Virus record (IMG/VR): IMGVR_UViG_3300031787_000005
Length of the DNA: 64,000 nucleotides
Origin: a virus
Strand: one strand, 5' to 3'
Part shown: positions 8,840 through 16,577 of the stretch, piece by piece
How the letters are laid out: every line of letters starts with the position of its first letter
Numbering within the stretch: the stretch's first letter is position 1
Position numbers and translations under genes: made by a program
Notes under the pieces: generated by a model
The model's input: only the letters and a program-made list of their open reading frames with translations
Databases searched by the model: none
Told to the model about the DNA's origin: nothing

Positions 8840-9267
8840 ACCAAGCTCCTCAATACTTTACGAAGAAACTGAATAGAACCATAAAACTCTTCACCATCTT
8901 GCCCACCAATCACAATCCAGTCAATTTCTTCTAGTGCAAGTTGAATTCGTTGCTCTCTTGTGAGGTCTTCAAAATCTTTTTCAGCAAGTTCTTTTCTTTC
9001 AATCGCAGCAAGATGTTGGAATGCTTCCTTATTTTCTTCCATAAGGTTCCTTGCGATGTCTAATACCTTTTCTTCTTTTTCTCTTCGTGCTGCTTCTTCA
9101 AGCATTTCTTCGTGAGTCATTTCTTTAACCTCTAATTTCATTTCTGGAGTTTGGATTTTTCCCCAAGAACTACCATCAATTGCGAAATTTTCTTTTCCTT
9201 TATCATAGAACCTCAACTTACCATCAGTCATACATCCCACTCCCTTGCTTCCCAGTCCATCAAGCAC
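8836..9267 (-). CDS. Hypothetical protein (likely start 9231)
   Basis: ORF track; acidic, phage-like codon use. Confidence 0.65.
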   Translation of the reverse strand: MLDGLGSKGVGCMTDGKLRFYDKGKENFAIDGSSWGKIQTPEMKLEVKEMTHEEMLEEAARREKEEKVLDIARNLMEENKEAFQHLAAIERKELAEKDFEDLTREQRIQLALEEIDWIVIGGQDGEEFYGSIQFLRKVLRSLV

Positions 9268-9422
9268 ATTTCACCTTGCTCCTTGTCTGTGTAGTTGTCG
9301 TAGGCATATTGTCGGCACTGGTCTTCTGTGCCCTCAAATAGCATTTCATACATCTTGTGGTCTCCATCATAGGTAATTTTATAGAGTCCCCACTCGTCGT
9401 AGCAATCAGGGAAGAACGGCAT
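9228..9422 (-). CDS. Hypothetical protein
   Basis: ORF track 9228..9467; likely start MPFFPD at 9422. Confidence 0.6.
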   Translation of the reverse strand: MPFFPDCYDEWGLYKITYDGDHKMYEMLFEGTEDQCRQYAYDNYTDKEQGEMCLMDWEAREWDV

Positions 9423-9684
9423 CTTTGTTTCTCCTATACCATTCAAGATTTCTGGGTGCCCCATCAATTATATCACAACTCATCTCAAATGCTCGCCAGC
9501 GGAAAGTAAATCCACACAAACATTTACTACCAATATTCACAATCAGCATGGGGAAGATTTCCGTGGCAGGATATTCATCCCACTGTAGGGTGAAATCAAA
9601 CAGAGCAAACTTGGGGGATGTGAGAACCTGAAAGAACCATTCGTGCCCGTAGTCCTCATAGTGTTCGGTATCAAAGAGTTTCAT
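9406..9684 (-). CDS. Hypothetical protein (aromatic-rich; paralog-like to 11140..11421)
   Basis: HEWFFQVLTSPKFALFDFTLQWDEY resembles KEFYFSLFLTERYALLQVAIDFGEY. Confidence 0.7.
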   Translation of the reverse strand: MKLFDTEHYEDYGHEWFFQVLTSPKFALFDFTLQWDEYPATEIFPMLIVNIGSKCLCGFTFRWRAFEMSCDIIDGAPRNLEWYRRNKDAVLP

Positions 9685-9899
9685 CGTAATTTACTTTTGA
9701 TGGTTCTAATACATTCATTCCATTTATAACTGTTGGTATCGTGTTCTTTCGGCAACCAGTTTTCAATACTCTCAACAAGGTCCATAATGGTGGGGGTTTT
9801 ATCCATATATTCACCATCACGATCTACTGGTGCTGGATTATTACAGAATACATCATCCCACCAGTCGGCAATCACATCATAGAGTTTTTGTTCATTCAT
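9681..9899 (-). CDS. Hypothetical protein
   Basis: ORF track 9681..9941; likely start MNEQK at 9899. Confidence 0.6.
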   Translation of the reverse strand: MNEQKLYDVIADWWDDVFCNNPAPVDRDGEYMDKTPTIMDLVESIENWLPKEHDTNSYKWNECIRTIKSKLR

Positions 9900-10083
9900 C
9901 TTCATCTTCCTCATAAGGGAACATTTCATCATACTCTTCATCAGTCAGAGTAAGATACTGAACATTAGCGTTCTTGTGCTCTTCGGCATACACTGACTGA
10001 TAGTGTGCGAAAGAAGATGGGTCAGAACTAGCGTATTCTAGCAGACCATCAACAAAACAAAGGTAGTTCATAATACCTCCCAA
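9892..10083 (-). CDS. Hypothetical protein
   Basis: ORF track 63 aa. Confidence 0.65.
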   Translation of the reverse strand: MGGIMNYLCFVDGLLEYASSDPSSFAHYQSVYAEEHKNANVQYLTLTDEEYDEMFPYEEDEDE

Positions 10084-10268
10084 TCACATTCCCAGTTACA
10101 ATCGTTGCTTACATTAACCCAGAAGAAGTATTTCTGGTTCTCTGATGCGAGAAACATCATACCATCTCCCTTATCTTGCTCTACAATACAGATGGGGTTG
10201 TTGCCCATCATATTAGCAAGACGATTCTTAGCCTTGCTACTCTTTGGTTTTACGGTCACTCTTCGCAT
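10068..10268 (-). CDS. Conserved cyanophage hypothetical protein
   Basis: MRRVTVKPKSSKAKNRLANMM. Confidence 0.7.
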   Translation of the reverse strand: MRRVTVKPKSSKAKNRLANMMGNNPICIVEQDKGDGMMFLASENQKYFFWVNVSNDCNWECDWEVL

Positions 10269-10269
10269 T

Positions 10270-10734
10270 TCAATCTTTTACCCCAGTTTCAGGACTACCA
10301 TCGGGCCAAACATCATCAAGTGTAGTATCTACTTCAAATCCTTCATCTTCCTTATCAGTCAGGACAGTTCCCATAGGACCTTTTTTCAGTCGTGCCCACT
10401 CTTCTTCTGCTTGCTGCATATCATCAAACTTCTTCCTCAGGTCTTCACCCAAAGTCAGTTCAAACTCATCAGCAACTTTACGCATATCTTCTTCTCTTCG
10501 GTCCTCACCAAATGCGACACCACAAGCACCTCTCATAATGTTGATCTCATCGTGACCCATCGCACGGGCAACAGTTGCAAAGAAGCGAAAAAGTTGATGA
10601 ACATTAAGATCTTCAGCAGGAACCTGAAAAGTATAATGCTCTTCAGGCAACACTGAATCATCAAAACCACTGCTATAATGAGTGGAAGTCCACTCAGTAT
10701 CAAACTGAACTTTAAGGGTTGCCTTGTAAGTCAT
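10270..10734 (-). CDS. Hypothetical protein, first gene after boxed promoter
   Basis: ORF track 154 aa. Confidence 0.75.
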   Translation of the reverse strand: MTYKATLKVQFDTEWTSTHYSSGFDDSVLPEEHYTFQVPAEDLNVHQLFRFFATVARAMGHDEINIMRGACGVAFGEDRREEDMRKVADEFELTLGEDLRKKFDDMQQAEEEWARLKKGPMGTVLTDKEDEGFEVDTTLDDVWPDGSPETGVKD

Positions 10735-10743
10735 TGGTCTGTT

Positions 10744-10812
10744 GCGTATGAAAGTATTATAATGGAAATTCCACCCATTCTATGAGTGAGTGTGCCAGTT
10801 CCTCAAGTGTCC
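10744..10812 (-). promoter_or_regulatory. Promoter with TATAAT -10 and upstream GGACACTT-N4-AACTGGCACA box
   Basis: -10 at 10756..10761, box at 10791..10812; same architecture at 16510..16577. Confidence 0.7.
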
Positions 10813-11204
10813 TCATCATCTTCATCATCAAACAAATCTACATCAACACCATCAGTAAGTTCTTTTATTCTATCAAAAAAGTCTTCATCAAGTGGATATA
10901 CTTTCTCTTCACCTCTATCAATACGATCACACATTTCCATCAGATACTCAAGAAATTCTTTGGGATAAGTTTCATCTAGGTTGATACTCGTCCAGAACCA
11001 TTGATAACACTCTTGGTAGGGGTCATCATCATCCAAGAGAGCATATCCCTCATAGTTTCCACTGATAAGGTCTCTCCACATCTTAAAGTTATTCCACATC
11101 TCACGCCATCCAGTTTGGAAGCAGTGACCGAAGTAATACTCAATCCAGTTCATTTTTTTGGACATAGAACAATTCATCCCGCCAGTTACGACCTGCAATA
11201 TCAA
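10803..11204 (-). CDS. Conserved cyanophage hypothetical protein (likely start 11152)
   Basis: MNWIEYYFGHCFQTGWREMWNNFKMWRDL. Confidence 0.7.
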   Translation of the reverse strand: MILQVVTGGMNCSMSKKMNWIEYYFGHCFQTGWREMWNNFKMWRDLISGNYEGYALLDDDDPYQECYQWFWTSINLDETYPKEFLEYLMEMCDRIDRGEEKVYPLDEDFFDRIKELTDGVDVDLFDDEDDEDT

Positions 11205-11421
11205 AACTAAATCCTAACTTACCAAGAGTGAATAGAAATGAGAATAATCTACCATATCCCATAGAGATTTGTAGATAAGGCCATTCTATCCAGTTACCAT
11301 ACTCACCAAAGTCAATTGCGACTTGAAGAAGTGCATATCGTTCGGTTAGAAAGAGTGAAAAGTAGAACTCTTTACCGTAGTCTTCTCTGACTCCCCACTT
11401 TGCGACTTGAAATAGTTTCAT
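11140..11421 (-). CDS. Hypothetical protein
   Basis: ORF track 93 aa. Confidence 0.7.
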   Translation of the reverse strand: MKLFQVAKWGVREDYGKEFYFSLFLTERYALLQVAIDFGEYGNWIEWPYLQISMGYGRLFSFLFTLGKLGFSFDIAGRNWRDELFYVQKNELD

Positions 11422-11612
11422 TCTTCCAATTCCTGTGCTAGTTGTAGCATATCATTTTTATCAAGAACAATCAAGTCATTTTGAGCAGTATAAAACTGAA
11501 TGTTTTCAGCAGCAATACGCAAAACAGAAGCAATTAACTTCTCTTCGGTATCAGCACCAGCATTTCGTGCTTCCCATATTTGATTCATTAATGATTGAGA
11601 TCGTTCAGTCAA
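11418..11612 (-). CDS. Hypothetical protein
   Basis: ORF track; ATGA overlaps. Confidence 0.7.
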   Translation of the reverse strand: MTERSQSLMNQIWEARNAGADTEEKLIASVLRIAAENIQFYTAQNDLIVLDKNDMLQLAQELEE

Positions 11613-11809
11613 TGTACTTTCCTCTTTTTTAAGTAATGATGGTTTTCAGAATCAAAGATTGTCCATTTTGCTATTTTAAGACACATTAGCACAGTTTGGT
11701 GCTCTCTCTGATACAAGTCCCAATCTTCTTTAAGTTTTGCAGCGTGTCTTCTACGATAGGCACAGCACCAAACATTTTTATAAATTTGTGCTTTTTCGGT
11801 TAAAGTCAT
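11609..11809 (-). CDS. Hypothetical protein
   Basis: ORF track; ATGA overlaps. Confidence 0.7.
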   Translation of the reverse strand: MTLTEKAQIYKNVWCCAYRRRHAAKLKEDWDLYQREHQTVLMCLKIAKWTIFDSENHHYLKKRKVH

Positions 11810-12516
11810 CCCAAACTTCTCAAAAAATCTTTGTCAATTTCCTGATCAAAACAGAGGCAGTATCTTGGTGTAGATAATTCATTTTCTACTTTATGGCGAA
11901 TTCTACCCCAAAAGAACATGTGTTGATTGTTTACGAACAATCTTTTCTCTGCTTTTTCTCTATTGTTACCAAACATTAGATAACATTCTTTACCTTCTTC
12001 CTGACGAACATCAAGTCCCCAGAGACCACGAATAATTGCTAGATTATCACGTTCTGGATCTGGATCAAGATGCCAACCAATACCTTTACCAGGACCAACC
12101 ATACTAATACCAAATCTTCTCTTAATTCCAGCCTCTCTCATTGTTGATGTGAGAATAGGAAGTAATTCAGAGTTTTCTCTGTGATATCCAATTTTTTCTT
12201 CTTTAACAAAAATTGGATCTCCAAAGTTTTTGCCAATAATTGTGGGTGCTATTTTAACAAATGAGTCCCATTCATCATCAGTGATTAGTTTTGCACTAAA
12301 GGGATCTCTACACTCCATAAAGATCGGAGCAATTTGCCAACCAGCATAAGCAATTGCAGTATGACCAGAATACCCAGTATCATATCCCCAGTTACACCAA
12401 TAAATCTTATCGAAATTGTCAAGAAATTCTTTTTGAATCTCTTCAAATCTTTCCTCAACAAGTTTAAGTTTTGGATTTAACTCCTCAAGAGTAAAGAAAC
12501 GATCTATTTTATTCAT
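11806..12516 (-). CDS. Asp/Asn beta-hydroxylase-family 2OG-Fe(II) oxygenase
   Basis: GISMVGPGKGIGWHLD (HxD), IIRGLWGLDV, RHKVENELSTPRYCLCFD. Confidence 0.75.
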   Translation of the reverse strand: MNKIDRFFTLEELNPKLKLVEERFEEIQKEFLDNFDKIYWCNWGYDTGYSGHTAIAYAGWQIAPIFMECRDPFSAKLITDDEWDSFVKIAPTIIGKNFGDPIFVKEEKIGYHRENSELLPILTSTMREAGIKRRFGISMVGPGKGIGWHLDPDPERDNLAIIRGLWGLDVRQEEGKECYLMFGNNREKAEKRLFVNNQHMFFWGRIRHKVENELSTPRYCLCFDQEIDKDFLRSLG

Positions 12517-13175
12517 AGCATACTTCTAAAAAATACATTTGGTTTATTATTAATGTGTGCAAGACTTTTAGAGGCAAACACATCCATTGCTATCACTGTT
12601 CTTGGTTGAGACATCATATTCTCAACACGATGAGTAGTATTTGAGTCAAAAGTATAAAACTTATTGTTCTCAAACAATTGAGTTTCTACATTTCCAGATT
12701 CATCTTTCATTTGAAAGATCGAATATTTATCTTCTTCTACTGGAACATCAATTCCCCACAAAACACGATAGGTATTCAATCCTCCACCACCATAATCCTT
12801 ATCACAATGCCAATCTAATGAAGCTCCTGGATGTAATACGTTGATTCCCGCAACTAATACTGCTTTAATGGAAGAAAGTGTTTGACATAATATAGGAAGG
12901 TACATTGCATTGCATGGATGAAATACTCCATGGTAACTCAATGCTCCCATATGCCATCCAATATCACTATTGGTTTGCTTGGCATCCAAATAACTATTGA
13001 ATTGAATTGGAAATCCTCTTTTATTTTGTGTAATATATTCCTTTTGTTGATCTGTAAAATCCCTAATTTCTAGAGATTCTCGATTTGTGACAAACTCATC
13101 GTGAATTGAATCAAAATTGTCGGATAATATCTGCAATTCTGGTAGAATCTCTTTATAGTCTAAGAAGAGAGACAT
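12513..13175 (-). CDS. Asp/Asn beta-hydroxylase-family 2OG-Fe(II) oxygenase
   Basis: GINVLHPGASLDWHCD, YRVLWGIDVP, FDSNTTHRVENMMSQPRTVIAMD. Confidence 0.8.
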   Translation of the reverse strand: MSLFLDYKEILPELQILSDNFDSIHDEFVTNRESLEIRDFTDQQKEYITQNKRGFPIQFNSYLDAKQTNSDIGWHMGALSYHGVFHPCNAMYLPILCQTLSSIKAVLVAGINVLHPGASLDWHCDKDYGGGGLNTYRVLWGIDVPVEEDKYSIFQMKDESGNVETQLFENNKFYTFDSNTTHRVENMMSQPRTVIAMDVFASKSLAHINNKPNVFFRSML

Positions 13176-13176
13176 C

Positions 13177-13689
13177 TTACAACCAATTAAAGTTTATATT
13201 TGCTCTATATTTAGAATCAGAAGTTGTACTAGAATTGTGCTCGTCATGGGCATCAAATAAAATCAATCTATTTGCAACACTATCAACTTTAGTGCCATCA
13301 GACATCCGTGTGAATCCGTCACAAGTATTCAAAGAAAATATTGCTGCTTTATGTGAAAAATCGTAATCAGAATGTTTAGTATGTTCTTTTATATTTTCAG
13401 TATTGGGATATAGATTTGCTTTAATTCTTAACCAAGATCTTAATGGATTTTCTTTATCAAGTTTTGAAGCAAAAATTTGATTTAAAAATTGAAAATGTCT
13501 GCTATTAGGAACGTTAGAAATATAAAAAACATGTACAAAATAGGTTGACCATATTTCTGATTCTGCTTTTACATGTGTCACACCATCACTGAAGAACCAT
13601 TCAAATCCTTCTTCATTATCAAGTATCAAATTAGAAATCTGTTTAAACTCATTCTTATCTAAAAAATTATCAATAACTTTATAACTCAT
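13177..13689 (-). CDS. Cyanophage-type 2OG-Fe(II) oxygenase
   Basis: VIDNFLD, RIKANLY, HTKHSD (HxD), NRLILFD..H.S.T...R.NINFN. Confidence 0.8.
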   Translation of the reverse strand: MSYKVIDNFLDKNEFKQISNLILDNEEGFEWFFSDGVTHVKAESEIWSTYFVHVFYISNVPNSRHFQFLNQIFASKLDKENPLRSWLRIKANLYPNTENIKEHTKHSDYDFSHKAAIFSLNTCDGFTRMSDGTKVDSVANRLILFDAHDEHNSSTTSDSKYRANINFNWL

Positions 13690-13934
13690 ACTGATTTCAA
13701 TCCATTTAGAACTTCTTTAAACTTTTCGGCACGACTTTGATGCTCTGCAGCATTCTGCCCAAGCACATCCACAATATCTCCCAGAATCACATCCGCAGGA
13801 GCATCGGTATCAAAGTATTGTTGGATTGCTTCGGCAAGATATCGCCGCCTGGTCCACTCTACGCTGTAGGGTTTGTAGTCCATAATGAAAGAGTTATATA
13901 TGGGTATTATAGGGTATCTATCCCTGTTCGTCAA
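13686..13934 (-). CDS. Conserved cyanophage hypothetical protein (likely start 13885, MDYKPY)
   Basis: ORF track; sigma70 promoter lies just upstream of 13885. Confidence 0.7.
   Translation of the reverse strand: MTNRDRYPIIPIYNSFIMDYKPYSVEWTRRRYLAEAIQQYFDTDAPADVILGDIVDVLGQNAAEHQSRAEKFKEVLNGLKSV
13906..13934 (-). promoter_or_regulatory. sigma70-type promoter
   Basis: TTGACG-N17-TATAAT; drives the oxygenase cluster. Confidence 0.8.
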
Positions 13935-14139
13935 GTCCTAAACATTTCTCAAACTTATCTCTCATCTCATTAATCTTGACCTGATGCTGAAATTCCATAA
14001 TGTGGTCCTTTATTTCCTTCTCTTCATCAGTCAGTTCCAAACGATATTTGAGTTTAACATCAACAAGACGTACCATTTCCATATAGAACTCGGTGCCTTT
14101 ATGAATAAACTCGTCGTATGTCAATCTCTGGTCCTCCAA
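13918..14139 (-). CDS. Hypothetical protein
   Basis: ORF track 73 aa. Confidence 0.7.
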   Translation of the reverse strand: MEDQRLTYDEFIHKGTEFYMEMVRLVDVKLKYRLELTDEEKEIKDHIMEFQHQVKINEMRDKFEKCLGLDEQG

Positions 14140-14444
14140 TCAGTTTCGTCTTCATCACGTTTAAACCAATCATGTAAGTCATCTACACTATCAAAACCGC
14201 GACGACCAAATCGTTCATGACCTAAACCACCAATATCCAACTGATTCATAAAATCATCTAAGTCACCCTCAACCATATCAGGGTTTTCTGCTCTTCTTCT
14301 TGCCTGACGAAGCATTGTACCAGCAGAGCGGTTTGCCTTGGCAAGTTTCTCTGCCCAAATCATATCTTCAAGACTGACTTCTTCGTGTAGAACGATCTTT
14401 TCACAGATTGCTTCCAGTCTCAATCTATATTGTGTGGATAACAT
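14121..14444 (-). CDS. Conserved cyanophage hypothetical protein
   Basis: MLSTQYRLRLEAICEKI...WAEKLAKAN; TAAATA late-promoter-like motif upstream. Confidence 0.75.
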   Translation of the reverse strand: MLSTQYRLRLEAICEKIVLHEEVSLEDMIWAEKLAKANRSAGTMLRQARRRAENPDMVEGDLDDFMNQLDIGGLGHERFGRRGFDSVDDLHDWFKRDEDETDWRTRD

Positions 14445-14463
14445 AAGTCTTTCCAGATATAGT

Positions 14464-14700
14464 TTATTTATTTTTAGATTCTAATTCTTTCATCAACTCT
14501 TTGGCAAGTTGATTTGAGCGTCTCCACATTAAATACTTGACAATCGGATTGCGTGGATTATTCTTTATCCACCAGATTTGTCTTACTATCTTATTTTTTA
14601 CAATATCAAAAATATACACAAAAGCATCAGCAACATTTCTGTCGCTGATGATTACATAAGCAATGATAGCAAGTAAAGCAAACCAGGCGTAGTAAGTCAT
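14464..14700 (-). CDS. Small membrane protein
   Basis: N-terminal hydrophobic segment. Confidence 0.7.
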   Translation of the reverse strand: MTYYAWFALLAIIAYVIISDRNVADAFVYIFDIVKNKIVRQIWWIKNNPRNPIVKYLMWRRSNQLAKELMKELESKNK

Positions 14701-14867
14701 CGTCTTAGAATTTTTAGATATTCTAGCACATGTTCCCGAACTGCCATGAGTTCATTGTAACATTTTTGATTGTGAGCACACTGACGAAGTTCGTGGTCTG
14801 GTTTGTGTACACTTTCAATAAACAAATCCAGTCCTCGGTTCCATTTAACGTCTTGTGCTTCATCCAT
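14697..14867 (-). CDS. Small conserved cyanophage protein (56 aa)
   Basis: Hand translation MDEAQDVKWNRGLDLFIESVHKPDHELRQCAHNQKCYNELM... Confidence 0.75.
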   Translation of the reverse strand: MDEAQDVKWNRGLDLFIESVHKPDHELRQCAHNQKCYNELMAVREHVLEYLKILRR

Positions 14868-14890
14868 AATGTTCAATGTAATTGTACTAT

Positions 14891-15145
14891 TTAACTAAAA
14901 AATTGATCGATACTTGTAGTCTTTTTCTTTGATGCATTGACTTGCTTCAAGATGTAAGACTTTGCCGATGAATAATTGTTAGCGGTGTGAACTTGCTGCC
15001 CGTTATGAATGATAATGAATTTTTTACCAGTCCAGGGGACAGCAGCCCACATTCCGTCTTTAGTCACATAACCTTCTGGATCTCCTGGTTTAGGATCAAG
15101 GACACCAGGACGAGGAACAAATGGTTTGAGAAAGTTTTCGCTCAT
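14891..15145 (-). CDS. Conserved cyanophage hypothetical protein
   Basis: DGMWAAVPW...IIHNGQQV. Confidence 0.7.
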   Translation of the reverse strand: MSENFLKPFVPRPGVLDPKPGDPEGYVTKDGMWAAVPWTGKKFIIIHNGQQVHTANNYSSAKSYILKQVNASKKKTTSIDQFFS

Positions 15146-15285
15146 CCGAATACTGCAGTGACACCAACAACTTTAGCAGTAGGATTACGTGCTAGAGCAG
15201 TACGACGGGCATCTTCATAGTCCCGTGCTTCAACAATTTCATCAAAAGTGCGACCAGCGACGTAGAGTTGGACTTTGCAGCGCAT
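15142..15285 (-). CDS. Small conserved cyanophage protein (47 aa)
   Basis: Hand translation MRCKVQLYVAGRTFDEIVEARDYEDARRTALARNPTAKVVGVTAVFG; strong RBS AAGGAGG. Confidence 0.75.
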   Translation of the reverse strand: MRCKVQLYVAGRTFDEIVEARDYEDARRTALARNPTAKVVGVTAVFG

Positions 15286-15326
15286 TAGGGGGTTCCTCCT
15301 TGTGTGTGAGTATTATAGCAGAAAAG

Positions 15327-16508
15327 TCAGCGCCTGACAATGCTGATGGCAGGTTGACCCTGTTGGAATACGGTGTCTACGACCGCCTGAACGCTCTTGG
15401 CGGTGCTGATGCCCACCTTGTCATAGACAGGCACACAGACCAGTCCAAACGTCTTCTGGGCGCCCCCCAGGCGGATCACACGCCCGATGCTCTGGGAGAT
15501 ACCGATGTAGTCCATGTTCCGCATGAACAACACTGCCTCCAAACCAGACACATTGATACCCTCAGACAGAATGCTGTGGTGCAGAACCACAAACTTCTTA
15601 GAGGAGTCTTTGCCCCAGGCATTGAGAGTATCAAAGAACACCTCACGATTAACCTTCTGACCATCAATCACGGCACCAGTCTTGGAAGTAATATACATCC
15701 AAGAATATCCACGCTCCTTGAGGTCAGAGCAGAAGTCAGACTGAGAGACCAGATTGACGATCTGTTTGGTAGAACGAGCACAGATCAGAATCTTATCCAA
15801 ACCATTATCATCAATCGTCTCCAGCAGATTAGCAGAGTCACGATCAGCAATCATCTGCTTGTCCTGAACCATCTCAAGTTGCTTCACGACAACTTTAGGG
15901 GGCAATATGTATCCTTGATCCACCAGTTCGGGAGCAGGGACATTACAGATCACTTGACCATAAACCTCGGGCATGTTCATCCCAGGTTTGGAAATCGTAG
16001 CAGAATGCTTAGGAGTAGCAGTGAAGAAATAACAGCGGTCAGCAACAGAAGAGAAGTGCTCCGTAGCAGGGAAAAAGTTACGTTGGACCGAGTTGTGTGC
16101 CTCATCAAAATAAATGGTATCGACATGAATATCTGCCTGCTGCAGACGTTGCAGGGAGTTGTACGTGGTGAAGATAAGTTTATGACCTTGAGTTGCTTCT
16201 ACCCAAGTGCGGATTACATTAGGACGAGTGCTGCTGAAGTGGTGCGTCTCACCGCTGTGAACGTGAAGAACTTGTGCGTTGGTGATAAACTCAAGAAACT
16301 CACTAGATAACTGCTCTGCCAGCAAGATGCGCGGGCAGCACACTACAATGGTCTGAGGAGTATCTTTCAGAAACTGACGGATGGCATCGAAGATCATCGT
16401 AGGAGTCTTACCAGCACCCGTTGGCATCACCAGTTGACCCAGTTGATGCTGTTCCATAGCATCAAGACCACGTTGCTGGTGAGGACGAAGTTCGAACACA
16501 GGTCTCAT
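15327..16508 (-). CDS. Superfamily 2 (DEAH, ResIII-like) helicase
   Basis: Walker A MPTGAGKT, DEAH, TATP, ILSEGINV, QSIGRVIR. Confidence 0.88.
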   Translation of the reverse strand: MRPVFELRPHQQRGLDAMEQHQLGQLVMPTGAGKTPTMIFDAIRQFLKDTPQTIVVCCPRILLAEQLSSEFLEFITNAQVLHVHSGETHHFSSTRPNVIRTWVEATQGHKLIFTTYNSLQRLQQADIHVDTIYFDEAHNSVQRNFFPATEHFSSVADRCYFFTATPKHSATISKPGMNMPEVYGQVICNVPAPELVDQGYILPPKVVVKQLEMVQDKQMIADRDSANLLETIDDNGLDKILICARSTKQIVNLVSQSDFCSDLKERGYSWMYITSKTGAVIDGQKVNREVFFDTLNAWGKDSSKKFVVLHHSILSEGINVSGLEAVLFMRNMDYIGISQSIGRVIRLGGAQKTFGLVCVPVYDKVGISTAKSVQAVVDTVFQQGQPAISIVRR

Positions 16509-16509
16509 C

Positions 16510-16577
16510 GCGTATGAAACTATTATAGCAGAAAGGGGTCCCCGAAGGAACCCCCTGTGCCAGTTATGTAAGTGTCC
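16510..16577 (-). promoter_or_regulatory. Promoter with TATAAT -10 and upstream GGACACTT-N4-AACTGGCACA box
   Basis: -10 at 16522..16527, box at 16556..16577, TTTCATACGC downstream of -10 shared with the 10744 copy. Confidence 0.7.
16531..16555 (-). terminator. Rho-independent terminator (UUCG tetraloop) after fibre gene
   Basis: GGGGGTTCC-TTCG-GGGACCCC-TTTC on minus strand, immediately after stop at 16578. Confidence 0.65.

Noticed and set aside
150-14220. Many short plus-strand ORFs in the accessory region
   Set aside because: They are antisense to a continuous, translationally coupled minus-strand gene chain and lack phage-like composition
15189-16310. 373-aa plus-strand ORF
   Set aside because: Antisense shadow of the helicase, explained by its biased codon use; no motifs or RBS
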